In this document: in pieces, positions 27,596-40,745 of the stretch
Position numbering within the stretch: position 1 is the first letter of the stretch
Layout: the number at the start of each line of letters is the position of its first letter
NCBI GenBank assembly: GCA_951406725.2
Contig: OX597835.1
Span: forward strand, 22,816,001-22,880,000
Source of the DNA: Octopus vulgaris
Taxonomy: Eukaryota
Reading direction: 5' to 3'
DNA length: 64,000 bases
Notes under the pieces: generated by a model
Told to the model about the DNA's origin: nothing
Seen by the model: the letters and a program-made list of their open reading frames with translations, nothing else
Databases searched by the model: none
Position numbers and translations under genes: made by a program

Positions 27596-28432
27596 TATAT
27601 ACTGGTATGTTTAGGTTTATAAGCCAAAGAGTACATATGTAAAGCAGAGTTTATATAATCTTTAATATATACAATATATTGAAGAAGTTGTCCTTAAGAG
27701 TGATTCAAGAGCTTTGTCAATATCTGATAAGTACCTTGGTATGCACACACAACACACACACACACACACACTACAGTATATCATATTATATTGACATAGT
27801 ACAGTACATATTTCTCTGTTACTTGTCATTTATTTTCTTCTCTCCATCTTTCCAACGAAGAGCTTCAGCTTGAAATATCAAAGAAACTTCTGCTTTGTTA
27901 ATCATTCATTGATTGAGCATCTACTAATTACCCCTTGTTTTCACTTTGCTTTCTTCGTTCTTATTACCATCATTAATTTTGAGCATGTGTGCGCATGGAC
28001 GCACACACGTGCACACATATGCAAACGCACGCATGTACATAGTTGAGTGTGTGTGTTTGTGTGTACAGGTATATGTATAGATATACTTTATCATCAAAAA
28101 GAGGTCAAAATCTGTAACAGGGTGAATGGAAACTAGTGAGAATTCTAAGTGTGAAATAGTACCACTAGCATTATTACCGATCACAGTTTCCAGTATAAAC
28201 ACAAAGCCTTAATGATAATGATTATAATAATATAAATAATTATGATAATAATAGTAACGTGATTAAACACAGTATGTAAACAGATACAATATTATCATCA
28301 GACATTATCATGACTAACTGTAGGGATGGGAATGGGGTGTGTTTGTTTGCATGTTCCTCAAGGGCAAATGGGGGAATTCACCTATGATTAATAGCGCTTT
28401 CATTCATACTAACATCTATGATAGTGTAATCT

Positions 28433-28472
<40 letters not shown>

Positions 28473-28551
28473 TATGTGTGTGTGTGTGTATATATATATA
28501 TATACTTGTACAAATGCACAACTAAAGTTTATGTTGTTTATATCTTTGCAG

Positions 28552-28832
28552 AGAGCGTCTCTTGACGAAATCCTGTCGGCTCCTGATTCTTATTCTTCAC
28601 TTCGGACCGTTCTTCTATTTGGAACCTGACCACTGACTGTCTATTTTTATTTATTTACTATTTTTATTTTTATTTTATTTTTATTTTTTTTTCAATTTTT
28701 TACACAACTCAAAGCCCCCCATCTCCCTTTCTTTGGCTTGCCATATTAACTGGCTTCCCACGACAGCCCCCTCCCCCACATACGCCACAAACTACCTCAA
28801 CATTTGCTCTGAGCTAAACCACAACCACCACC
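28552..28832 (+). other. Probable 5' UTR portion of the first coding exon
   Basis: Good acceptor (ttgtttatatctttgcag) ends at 28551 and no ATG was seen before 28833. Implies an unidentified upstream non-coding exon. Confidence 0.5.
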
Positions 28833-28940
28833 ATGACTCTGAAGGAGCTGAAGAAAGTGGGTCTCTATGACCCTGAATTTGAGAAAGATTCTTGCGGAGT
28901 TGGCTACGTTGTCAGCATTGATGGCATTGCATCAAACCAG
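28833..28940 (+). CDS. GLT1: Glutamate synthase [NADH] coding exon 1 (MTLKELKKVGLYDPEFEKDSCGVGYVVSIDGIASNQ)
   Basis: Kozak-like accaccATG with an in-frame TAA upstream at 28815-28817. GLYDP..E.DSCGVG is the GOGAT propeptide/catalytic Cys1 motif. Donor cag|gtaagc, phase 0. Confidence 0.95.
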
Positions 28941-29084
28941 GTAAGCCAGTATCTCTGTTAGTGTATGTGAGTATATGTGAATGCATGAATGATAGTGAAA
29001 ATTGAAAAAGTGTTTTCCTCCAACCTACATCTCAGTGGAATAATAATAATAATGATAATAATAATAATAATGATAATCATTGTT

Positions 29085-31630
29085 TCATTTATGGACAACA
29101 GATTAAACTGTTGGAAAAACATTGGGATACAACAAGTAACTTTAGATGCTAAGAACCTTCCTAAGTATTCTACCTGTCCCTAATAATACTGTTTTCTGGG
29201 GCTGCACTAAACTAAGTTTCATGCCTATTGCCTCTAACCATCTGTTCAAATCTTTAGGAATAATTCCGCATGTACCTATAATTACAGGGATACATTTTAC
29301 CGTCACTTTCCATAGCTTCTATAATTCAGTGGTTAGGTTCTGGTATTTTGCTATTTTCTTTATACCTCTCATGTTTACTTCCTCATTATTTGGGACTGTA
29401 AAGTCAATTACCTAACACTTTCTATTCTCTTTGTCTGCTACTACTAAATCAGGCCTTCTAACTTCTATTACTTGGTCTGAATGTTAAAATTCAACAGTAT
29501 CCTACATTTCTTACTTTCTAGCACTTTACTAGGTTCATGCTCATACCATTTATCAGTATGGTCAAATCCTAGCTTCCCATGTAACTCCTAGTGGATTATT
29601 CTCCCTAAGTTGTCATGTCTTTTCTTGTATTCTTTCTGTGCCATCGCACTACATTCACTAACTATATGAGTAACACCTTCTTCTTTTGATTTACATAAAA
29701 CCTACAAGGGGAATCTATGTGATTTTTGTCTTTCTTAGCCTTTATCCAGTTAGTCCTCAATGCTTGATCTTGTGATGCTACCAACAAATTTCTGTCTCCC
29801 CTTCTCAGCCTTCCTTTCTGTAACCACAACCATGTCTCACTATTGCTATTTTCTGCAGCTATCTTTGGAAATCTGTCATGCAAAACCTTCTCTTGCCAGT
29901 CAGATAGCCTTACCTTTTTTTCCTGGTTTTTAACTACATTTGGCTTCTACTGTTATACTTGCAGCTCTTAATAAAATTTCCTCACTATTTTCTACATAGA
30001 GGGCTATATCTACTTTAGCTAACTCCACACAGTTTTCTACTGATATTAAGTCTCTACTACCGTCCTTTTTAAGTAAATACAACCTTACTACTCCTTCTCT
30101 TGGATGAAGTCTTCCATTCATATAAAATTCCTTCTTAGTTCTTTTCTGTCCAGATTTGCTAATTCAGATTTTGTCCAATCTACAAAATCTCCTGAATATC
30201 GAAATAACGATACTGCCCAAGTATTTACAACCTTCACTAGATTGGGACCATTTAGCTTTGACTTTTTTCATTTCCTCACCCTTCTGATGTACTCTTTCTC
30301 AATTTTCTCTCTCAGTTCTACAGTTACTATCCTGTCAGATTCTAATGCTTCTAGATACTTATAACTTTCTCCTTCTTTCAGTGATTTTAATGTCAGGCCA
30401 TCTGGTAACTATATGCCCTCACTGCTGATTACCTTTCCCTTTTGTTTGATTAATATTGTGCACTTATCTAAACCAAATTCCATATCTGTATCTTAGCTGA
30501 AGAGTCTTACAGTTTGTATTACAGAATCTCTTTTTATTCATATTAAAATGTTTCGGATCATCAGTGCAGAGCAAATGGCTAATTTTTCCTTTTACTATCT
30601 CTAAATGCATATCCTACCTTTGCCTTTCCTAATACTTATACTGTGGTGGGTATTAAACATAACACAAATATTAAATAGAATAACAAGTCCCCCTGGAAAA
30701 TTCCTCTTTTGATAGTAACTTCCTATAAGGCTGTATATCACCTGTGTAAAGATCTACTTTCGATTTCTTCATGTTGTTACTAATTAACTCTCTTATGTTA
30801 CCAGCAATACTGAATATTCTCAAACATTCACTTAGCCATGAATGTGGAATCATGCCATAGGCTTTCTTATAATCTATCCACGCTATTGTTAAATTTTTCT
30901 TTCTAGATTTCACTTCTTTTAGAACCACTTTGTTTATGTATAATAGATCATACTTTCATCTTGCTTTCTGTTAACAGCTTCCACACTAATGGTAAGCAAG
31001 TGATTGCTCTATAATTACTAGCGATGTTGCCCTTGATTTTCTCTTTCATAAAGAGTATTGTTCTCCCTCTAGTCATCAAATCTGGTATTACTTCTCCATT
31101 CAGGCAGTCCCAAAATAGTTTCCTTAATCTCTCATCTAAGCTACTAAATTTCTTTATTTATTTCACGTTGCTCCAGTTCACTCAGCTTAGAAATGAGTTG
31201 CAACATCACTGGTACCAAGCTGTATTGGTCTTTGCCTTTCCCTTGGGTAACATCAGTGGTATGGAGAGGGGAGGCTGGTATGCATGGGTGACTGCTGGTC
31301 TTCCATAAACAACCTTGTCCAGACTTGTGCCTCGGAGGGTAACTTTTCCCATTGTTATTCATGACCAAAGGGTGTCTCTACCCTTTACCCTTTTATCCTA
31401 CCCATAGCAGAATCTACTTTCTTAGTAACATCTAGTAACTTCCTTCTATTAACACCTTATAAAGCTGACAATCTTTTCCTTTCTTCATTTCTCATTACTC
31501 CCTTCAATTCATCTAAAATCTTCTAAGCTTCCTTACTTAAGTTGCTGGTTTCAGTTTTCCCATCTTGGTTGGTAGTGCTATTATTTTTTGTTGTAGGCTT
31601 CACCTTGGCTTGAACTGTATCACTTATGCG
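29085..31630 (-). mobile_element. Degenerate R4/Dong-type non-LTR retrotransposon (RT, CCHC knuckle, restriction-like endonuclease), interrupted by a SINE at ~31150-31394
   Basis: Fragments KNLTIAWIDYKKAY.MIPHSWL, LHP...RLYL.K.DG.R.L, WLQKG.L...LVASQDQALRTN, AQKEYKKRHD and RRPDLVV. Many stops and frameshifts. Confidence 0.85.
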
Positions 31631-31909
31631 TCTTGCCTAATTATGATAATAATAATAATTATTATTATTGGTTTTAATTTTTGGTACGAGGCCAGCAATT
31701 TTTGGGAGAAATAAGCTGACTACATCCTCCTCAGTATTCAGCTGGTACTTATCTTATCGACTCCAAAATGCTGAAAGGCAAAGGTAGCCTTTGCAGAATT
31801 TGAACTTGGACTGTAAACATCTAAACACAGATGAAATACCAGTAAGCAGTCTTGTCCAACATGCTATTATCATTGTTGTTGTTGTTATTATTATTATTAT
31901 TATTATTAT

Positions 31910-32685
31910 TTAAGACATCACACAGTATCTGATATCATGATGTTGTTGATTGAAGATACTGTGTCTACCGAGGGTTTGTGCTGTTTGTACTGTCACAACA
32001 AGGACCTCAGACTGACAGTACCTTACATAATATGTGTACTGTTCCAAGTAATGCCAATTATAGGTTATTTCTAAAGTTTCCAGGTGTTTCAGGGACAACC
32101 TCTATGGTTGACTTTTGCAACTGCAACATCTTGGCAATCTCAATTCTTAGGTTCCCATATTTATCAATCTTTTCTCTTTCTTTCATGATAATATATTGAT
32201 CTCCTGCTACTACCACATTCATCATTAGGCACTCTTGTTTGTCCCTCCTAAAGGTGACTATATCCGACCTTCGATGCTCTTACACCTTGTCTGTCTGGAA
32301 GTCAAACTCCCAGAGGATTTTTGCCTTCCCCTTTTTGCCCATTACCTTTTCCAGTGTATGTTGGTACCAAGCACCCATTACCTCATGTCTGTACTTCCGG
32401 CATAGTAGCCAGTGAAGGTTTTGGGCCACCTTGTCACGTCTGCGCTTGCACTGTTTCTGTGCAAGACTTTCACAAGCATTAACAATGTTAGTCACACTTT
32501 TGACCCTCATCCTACACATTCTGCAGAGGCTCATTGCACTTGTGTGGTATATATCCCTTTTCACTGAGTTGGTATTCAATGCCTGAACCTGGGCAGCAAT
32601 GATTAGACTTCCAAGTATTTCTTTTAGGTCACCCTTGCTGAGCCACCTCCATGATGCTTCCTGGTCTTTTAAGTTGTTAGTTTCA
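31910..32685 (-). mobile_element. Second R4/Dong-type LINE 3' fragment ending in (TAA)n
   Basis: CRMC....SVTNIVNACESLAQKQCKRR.DKVA..LHW.LC...ILWEFDFQTDK (knuckle plus RLE region). The 3' end abuts the TTA repeat at ~31885-31910. Confidence 0.85.
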
Positions 32686-32786
32686 CAGTGGAACTGACCA
32701 TGGTAAGCAAGCTACTTACCACACACCCACTCCTATGTTATTTATTTTTTTGTATATTTCTTCCATTCTTTCCCCCTATCTTACAG

Positions 32787-32917
32787 GTGTTGCAAGATTC
32801 TCGGACCATGCTGCAACGAATGGAACACAGAGGTGCATGTGCTTGTGACAACGACACCGGAGATGGCGCCGGTGTTCTCACTGCCATTCCTCATAAACTT
32901 TACGAACAAGACCTGAA
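32787..32917 (+). CDS. GLT1: Glutamate synthase exon 2 ([43 protein letters not shown])
   Basis: Contains the HRGA...DTGDGAG motif. Pyrimidine tract and ttacag acceptor; donor aa|gtaagt; phases 0 to 2. Confidence 0.96.
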
Positions 32918-33574
32918 GTAAGTAGCATTTCAACCTATTTACTACATTGTAAAGTCACTGAAGGTTGTGGTTGTTGTTGTTGGTGATGTTGATGTTGTAG
33001 TAGGTTATTGTTGTTGTTGTGGTAGCTATGTGTTGGGTAGTGTTGGTGGTATTGTTACTGTTGTTGTTGCAAGGATGGTGTCAGTTGTTGCTGTAAATGC
33101 TATTGTTGTGGTTTTGGCTGCTATTATTATTGTTATGGGGTGGGTGGGCTGTTGTTGTTGTTAATGTTAATATTGTTATTATTGTTGTTGCTGTAGCTGT
33201 TACTGTTTCTGCAGTATTGTTACTGTTATTGCTGTAGTTGTTGTTGTTAATGTGATTGTAATAACCCCCAGGTGAGTGCAGTTCACCAATTCCCCCTCCT
33301 CCTCCGATGATGATTAAGCCACAGTACCCCAGAGATACCTGAGCACCCAACACCATTCCACAGAACACTTGAGACATATTAAATATCCAACATTAAGCCA
33401 TACCACCCCAGAGATATTTATATATTTTATTTATTCTCTTGCTAGGTTTTCTCAATTTTCTTTTAAATTCCTACATTTTATTTACCATCTCTACAGTCTG
33501 CCTATGTATGTTAATCCATGTTAACTTAAACTAATCCTTGTTTGGTCTTGTTAATCAGTTATATATGCTAGACA

Positions 33575-36500
33575 GACTTGGCAGGTGGTACCTACGTGTT
33601 GGTAGTGTTAGCCAGTGGTAGCTATGTATTACATAGATTTGGCTGTTGGTAGTTACCTGTTGGATAGTGTTGGCTTGTGGTATCTCTGTGTTGGTAGTGT
33701 TGGCTGGTGTTAGCTATGACAAGATCTTAAAATGTATAAATAGCAACTTTTTGTCTATTAAACTTCTCTTCTTTTTCTTGGGTAGACTTGGCTAATGGTA
33801 ACTATGTGTTATGTAGTGTTGGCTGGTGGTAGCTGTGTGTTGTGTAGTGTTGGCTTGCAGTAGCTATGTGTTGGGTAGAGTTGGCTGGTTGTAGCTAGGT
33901 GTTGGGTTGAGTTGGCTAGTGATAGCCATGTGCTGTGCAGAGGTGGCTGGTAGTAACTATGTGTTGGGTAATGTTGGCTAGTGGTAGCCTTGTGTTAGGC
34001 AGAGTTGGCTGGTAGTACCAATGTGTTGGTAGTGTTAGCCAGTGGTAGCTATGTATTACATAGATTTGGCTGTTGGTAGTTACCTGTTGGATAGTGTTGG
34101 CTTGTGGTATCTCTGTTGGATAGTGTTGGCTTGTGGTAGCTATGACAAGATCTTAAAATGTATAAATAGCACCTTTTTCTTTATTAAACTTCTCTTCTTT
34201 TTCTTGGGTAGACTTGGCTAATGGTAACTATGTGTTATGTAGTGTTGGCTGGTGGTAGCTGTGTGTTGTGTAGTGTTGGCTTGCAGTAGCTATGTGTTGG
34301 GTAGAGTTGGCTGGTTGTAGCTAGGTGTTGGGTTGAGTTGGCTAGTGATAGCCATGTGCTGTGCAGAGGTGGCTGGTAGTAGCTATGTGTTGGGCAGAGT
34401 TGGCTGGTGGTAGCCTTGTGTTGGGCAGAGTTGGCTGGTGGTAGCTATGTGTTGGGCAGAGTTGGCTGGTGGTAGCCTTGTATTGGGCAGAGTTGGCTGG
34501 TGGTAGCCTTGTGTTGGGCAGAGTTGGCTGGTGGTAGCTATGTGTTGGGTAGAGTTGGCTGGTGGTAGTTATGTGTTGGGCAGAGTTGGCTGGTGGTAGC
34601 TATGTGTTGGGCAGAGTTGGCTGATGGTAGCCTTGTATTGGGCAGAGTTGGCTGGTGGTAGCCTTGTGTTTGGCAGAGTTGGTTGGTGGTAGCTATATGT
34701 TGGGCAGAGTTGGCTGGTGGTAGCTATGTGTTGGGCAGAGTTGGCTGGTGGTAGCTATGTGTTGGGCAGAGTTGGCTGGTGGTAGCTATGTGTTGGGCAG
34801 AGTTGGCTGGTGGTAGCCTTGTATTGGGCAGAGTTGGCTGGTGGTAGCCTTGTGTTGGGCAGAGTTGGCTGGTGGTAGCCTTGTGTTAGGCAGAGTTGGC
34901 TGGTAGTACCAATGTGTTGGTAGTGTTAGCCAGTGGTAGCTATGTATTACATAGATTTGGCTGTTGGTAGTTACCTGTTGGATAGTGTTGGCTTGTGGTA
35001 TCTCTGTTGGATAGTGTTGGCTTGTGGTAGCTATGACAAGATCTTAAAATGTATAAATAGCACCTTTTTCTTTATTAAACTTCTCTTCTTTTTCTTGGGT
35101 AGACTTGGCTAATGGTAACTATGTGTTATGTAGTGTTGGCTGGTGGTAGCTGTGTGTTGTGTAGTGTTGGCTTGCAGTAGCTATGTGTTGGGTAGAGTTG
35201 GCTGGTTGTAGCTAGGTGTTGGGTTGAGTTGGCTAGTGATAGCCATGTGCTGTGCAGAGGTGGCTGGTAGTAACTATGTGTTGGGTAATGTTGGCTAGTG
35301 GTAGCCTTGTGTTAGGCAGAGTTGGCTGGTGGTAGCTATGTGTTGGGCAGAGTTGGCTGATGGTAGCCTTGTATTGGGCAGAGTTGGCTGGTGGTAGCCT
35401 TGTGTTGGGCAGAGTTGGCTGGTGGTAGCTATGTGTTGGGTAGAGTTGGCTGGTGGTAGTTATGTGTTGGGCAGAGTTGGCTGGTGGTAGCTATGTGTTG
35501 GGCAGAGTTGGCTGATGGTAGCCTTGTATTGGGCAGAGTTGGCTGGTGGTAGCCTTGTGTTTGGCAGAGTTGGTTGGTGGTAGCTATATGTTGGGCAGAG
35601 TTGGCTGGTGGTAGCTATGTGTTGGGTAGAGTTGGCTGGTGGTAGCTATGTGTTGGGCAGAGTTGGCTGGTGGTAGCTATGTGTTGGGCAGAGTTGGCTG
35701 GTGGTAGCTATGTGTTGGGCAGAGTTGGCTGGTGGTAGCCTTGTATTGGGCAGAGTTGGCTGGTGGTAGCCTTGTGTTGGGCAGAGTTGGCTGGTGGTAG
35801 CCTTGTATTGGGCAGAGTTGGTTGGTGGTAGCTATGTGTTGGGCAGAATTGGCTGGTGGTAGCTATGTGTTGGGCAGAGTTGGCTGGTGGTAGCTATGTG
35901 TTGGGTAATGTTGGCTGGTGGTAGCCTTGTATTAGGCAGAGTTGGCTGGTGGTACCAATGTGTTGGTAGTGTTAGCCAGTGGTAGCTATGTATTACATAG
36001 ATTTGGCTGTTGGTAGTTACCTGTTGGATAGTGTTGGGTTGTGGTAGCTATGACAAGATCTTAAAATGTATAAATAGCAACTTTTTGTCTATTAAACTTC
36101 TCTTCTTTTTCTTGGGTAGACTTGGCTAATGGTAACTATGTGTTATGTAGTGTTGGCTGGTGGTAGCTGTGTGTTGTGTAGTGTTGGCTTGTAGTAGCTA
36201 TGTGTTGGGTAGAGTTGGCTGGTTGTAGCTAGGTGTTGGGCTGGTAGTAGTTATGTGTTGGGCTGGTAGTAGTTATGTGTTGGGTTGAGTTGGCTAGTGA
36301 TAGCCATGTGCTGTGCAGAGGTGGCTGGTAGTAACTATGTGTTGGGTAATGTTGGCTGGTGGTAGCCTTGTGTTAGGCAGAGTTGGCTGATGGTAGCTAT
36401 GTGTTGGGCAGAGTTGGCTGGTGGTAGCTATGTGTTGGGCAGAGTTAGCTGGTGGTAGCTATGTGTTGGGCAGAGTTGGCTGGTGGTAGCTATATGTTGG

Positions 36501-37345
36501 GCAGGGTTGGCTGGTGGTAGCTATGTGCTGTGCAGAGTTGGCTGGTAGTAACTATGTGTTGGGTAATGTTGGCTGGTGGTAGCCTTGTATTAGGCAGAGT
36601 TGGCTGATGGTAGCTATGTGTTGGGCAGAGTTGGCTGGTGGTAGCCTTGTATTAGGCAGAGTTGGCTGGTGGTAGCTATGTGTTGGGCAGAGTTGGCTGG
36701 TGGTAGCTATGTGTTGGGTAGAGTTGGCTGGTGGTAGCTATGTGTTGGGCAGAGTTGGCTGGTGGTAGCTTTGTATTGGGCAGAGTTGGTTGGTGGTAGC
36801 TATGTGTTGGGCAGAGTTGGCTGGTGGTAGCTATATATTGGGCAGAGTTGGTTGGCGGTAGCTATGTGTTAGGTAGAGTTGGCTGGTGGTAGCCTTGTAT
36901 TGGGCAGAGTTGGCTGATGGTAGCCTTGTGTTGGGCAGAGTTGGCTGGTGGTAGCTACATATTGGGCAGAGTTGGTTGGTGGTAGCCTTGTGTTGGGCAG
37001 AGTTGGCTGGTGGTAGCTATGTATTGGGCAGAGTTGGCTGATGGTAGCCTTGTGTTGGGCAGAGTTGGCTGGTGGTAGCTATGTATTGGGCAGAGTTGGT
37101 TGGTGGTAGCCTTGTGTTGGGCAGAGTTGGCTGGTGGTAGCTATGTATTGGGCAGAGTTGGTTGGTGGTAGCTATGTATTGGGCAGAGTTGGTTGGTGGT
37201 AGCTATGTGTTGGGCAGATTTGGTTGATGGTAGCCTTGTATTGGGCAGAGTTGGCTGGTAGTAACTATGTTTTGGGTAATGTTGGCTGGTAGTAGCCTTG
37301 TGTTGGGCAGAGTTGGCTGGTGGTAGCTATATGTTAAGTAGAGTT
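33575..37345. repeat. 31-bp G/T-rich minisatellite (GTGTTGGGCAGAGTTGGCTGGTGGTAGCTAT) with higher-order blocks, intron 2
   Basis: Period of 31 counted directly. An AT-rich spacer recurs four times. Confidence 0.97.
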
Positions 37346-38769
37346 GGTCAGTGTTAGCAATGAGTTAATAAATTTAGCTTGTCATGGTTATGTGTTAGGT
37401 AGAGTCAGCTGTTCTTAACTCTGTGTTACATAGTGTTGGTCTAGCGGTAGCTTTGTGACATCTAGACTTGACTGTTGTAGTATTTATGATAAACATGTTT
37501 CTGGTGGTGGTAATGAACTGGCCGTTTATAAAAGTACACAGTCTGCAGCAGATACTGTAGCTAAGCAATGATTGGAATCTCTCATATTTTGCCCTTATCA
37601 TAATGTTTTGATGCTGCTAATAAAGTTACTTGGTAAATACCTGTACAACGGCTTCTCAGTCTCCCCACCACCACCACCTGAATACACACATAGACATGTA
37701 CACACACAGACACACACAAACACATTTATATAGAAAGAGGGAGTGGGGGCGGGGAATAGATAACAGAGAATTAGTGGTTGGGATGGTGTGGTGAGGCATG
37801 TTGTGAGGGTGGAGGTAGAAATTGATATGGAGTTATAGGGTGTATTGGGGTGGTGGTGGGAGTGCAACAGTAAATATTAACCAACCTCCAATGAATCCCT
37901 CCACCTGAGGTATGTTGGGAGGGTGAGGAAACAAACACCTGCACCTACCTGACCTGGTCACTATGTAGAACTTGTTTATAGATCCTTGTGTATATACATC
38001 AGGTAGTTTATTAACATCCCTCTCTTGTTTTCTCTCTCTCCCTCTCTTTTTCTATTAATCACTGTCCTCTCTCTTTCGTTCACTCTCTATCTTACACTCA
38101 GTATCTCTGTGTCACTCTCACCTTCTTACTCTCTTTCTTTCTCCCTCTCTCATATACTCAGGAGTTTTTGTCTAATCTTCTTGCTTTGGGGCGGAAAGTT
38201 TAACTTTTATATGCAGTCAGAAGCCCACCTACCTCTCTCTATTGAAATAAACATCGGACACACTTTACTCCATGCAGAAATTACAGGAGCAACTCAGAGT
38301 TGTTGTAGGCCCTCCTTATGAATCCATCACAATGTCAGAAATTCTTCTGTATTGTCAGCAGTATCTCAGAGTCACTAGTATTTCACCCCTTAACCATGTT
38401 GCGACACTCGGGCCAACTGATCAGCCCAAGTGATACCAGCTGAAAGGACTTTGAGGTCAATCCATTGACCCAGTGAAACAAACATTTTGAAGTGTAATTA
38501 GCCAATCAGAGATCATCTTCCAGTAGATATAATATAAAACTATATAATGTACATAGTTTTATATACTAATAAAGTAGTTTTAGGTACTTTATCCTTTGTT
38601 TTTTACATGCACCCATCATTTTCAGTCTCAGCAGGAAAAAAAATTTAGTCTTTTTGGGTCTACATACCAAAACACTGTCTCAAAAGGGTTAACCTGTACT
38701 CTTTGCCTGAGTGGGGCATCAAGAACTGAATTATTCTTTGCCTGTGAAAGGGTTCCATTTTCAGTCTCT

Positions 38770-39680
38770 TGTCAACCTCAGCCACCTTGAACAAGTTTCA
38801 CTTGCCATTGCCTATCTCCTTCATCGCTTTCTTCAGTTGTTTTGGCTCCAGACCAATCTTCTGCAGGAAGTAGCACATCAAAATAGCTGGAAGGCCACAA
38901 CAACCAACAGCGATAGGGAATGAGGCTACATGTCATCCTTTGACAAGTGCTTCATCAACTAAGTCCTGATATTTGGTTTTCTTCAGCAGTGAGAAATGTC
39001 AAGTCTGTCTTTAAGTGATTGTTTCTACAATCTTGGAGAGCAGGAACATGTCTGGTCAGAGTGATGTTACTGCTACCTTCTCAGGGAAGGTGAATTTTCC
39101 CTTCAGTTCCACTTGCATTTCCTACTCTGAGGCTGTATGCCAAACAGAAAACAGAAATCTGATACCCTCAGGTCGATATGGCTGCTGTTTGTTGACCTTA
39201 ATCCACTTGGCAATTTCTGTAAGGGCCTTGTTGTGTATCCCCTTGTATCAGCTTTCTCCCAGTATTTTAGGGCATCAGGTAAAAATTTATTCAGGGTGCA
39301 AAGAATTACTTCACACTCCTTGCAGGATGGGTCTTCCCCTTTGCCCCATATTTTAAGGTTAAGGTTGGCAAGAGATCAGCAACAACACACAAAAAGGTTG
39401 AAAATTTCCCTAGTCATTACTTCAGTGTTCCTTCCAGAACAGTGGTTGTTTAAGTGTCTGGTCTCACGGTAGCCATTATCTCTTATTGACATGTCCTTAC
39501 TATCTTTACACAGTGATCTTTCTCTATTGAATTGCAGATCTAATAGTTCTCTCTTGCCCCAGGCATTAGTACATTTCCATCACAGTTGTGGTGTAGTTGC
39601 CAAGTCCTAGCCATCCTCGACTGACTATTCCAACAATTTGGTGTTTCCAGTACATTTCCACTTTCACTTTGCTGCTACGC
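38770..39680 (-). mobile_element. HERO/NeSL-like non-LTR retrotransposon C-terminal fragment
   Basis: Minus-strand pieces NLKIWGKGEDPSCKEC, ELKGKFTFPEKVAVTSL*PD and KKTKYQDLVDEA..KG.HVASFPIAVGCCG resemble the HERO knuckle/RLE end. Confidence 0.7.
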
Positions 39681-39884
39681 TTTATAGTCTTATATCTGTA
39701 GGTGTGGCCATGGTTGGATGGTGGTCAAGAAGTTTGCTTCCCAACTACATGGCTTCCAGTTCAGTTCCACTGCATGGCACTTTGGGCAAGTACCTTCTGC
39801 TATAGCCTGCCCAGGGCCAATCAAAGCCTATCATATATTTGTGTGTTTGTGTATATACACATATCAATACACACACACACACCA

Positions 39885-39916
<32 letters not shown>

Positions 39917-40438
39917 GTTTCTAGTTTTACACAATACTCAATTTTCCCAGTTTCCCTTAGCACAATTTTGCTTTTGGTCAACACCTACCTCCATTTTATG
40001 TACACTTTGTCATTTTTTGGGGGGGGAATTTTCATTCTCCTTTTATTTAACTTTCATTTCACTTCTTTGACGCTGAGATAGACCAAGCACTAAATAAGCA
40101 CTTAATTTACAAAGAATTTTTTTTTTCTTCATATTTTGATAAATGCTTTTTTGAGATTTTATAATAGTTTCCAGAGAATTGATTTCCCTGAAAACAAAAA
40201 TGAATAGATTAAATCAACTTCAAAAAGTAAAAGGTTCGATAAAAATTGCGAAATAATTTGCTATAAATAAAGCAACTGTTTGAATAATTAAAAGGAGCGA
40301 AGGTAAAAAAAAAAAAATGTCAGGGCTTTTATAATTGCTGGAAGAATTTCAATAACTTAAAAAACACACAAAGTAGAAAGAAAAAACAGAAAAAGCTCTA
40401 TTATATTGGCTAGAAGATAAAAGCCCAGCATTAAACCC

Positions 40439-40489
<51 letters not shown>

Positions 40490-40579
40490 GTGTACATATA
40501 TGTTGTTATACTTGGGGAAGGTCATTGATTTTGGTTGCCAATTAAGCATGCACTATTTATTCAATCTTTGCTTTAGTTT

Positions 40580-40745
40580 TAATTACCCTGCATGTGTGAG
40601 CAAAAGCGGGTTATCGTTGTCACTTGTCTTTGTCTGTGTGTTTGCAAAATAACTAGAAAATGGCTGAACAGATTCTCACCAAATTTGAGAGAAATACTCA
40701 TTGGGTGAGTGACTCAAAATGATGAAAATTTGGTTTGATCATCTT
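40580..40745 (+). mobile_element. Helentron/DINE-1(HINE)-like 5' fragment; a HINE-like 3' end lies at ~16755-16795
   Basis: TTACCC.GC...GCGGGTTA subterminal repeat, GTCTGTGTGT, then AAATAACT...GATT.TCACCAAATT. The 16755 piece has CCTTGGTGGAGG followed by a CACTC-TCT-GAGTG hairpin. Confidence 0.5.

Noticed and set aside
33575-37345. 31-bp repeats as a CRISPR array
   Set aside because: Units are directly adjacent, and the occasional spacers are copies of each other.
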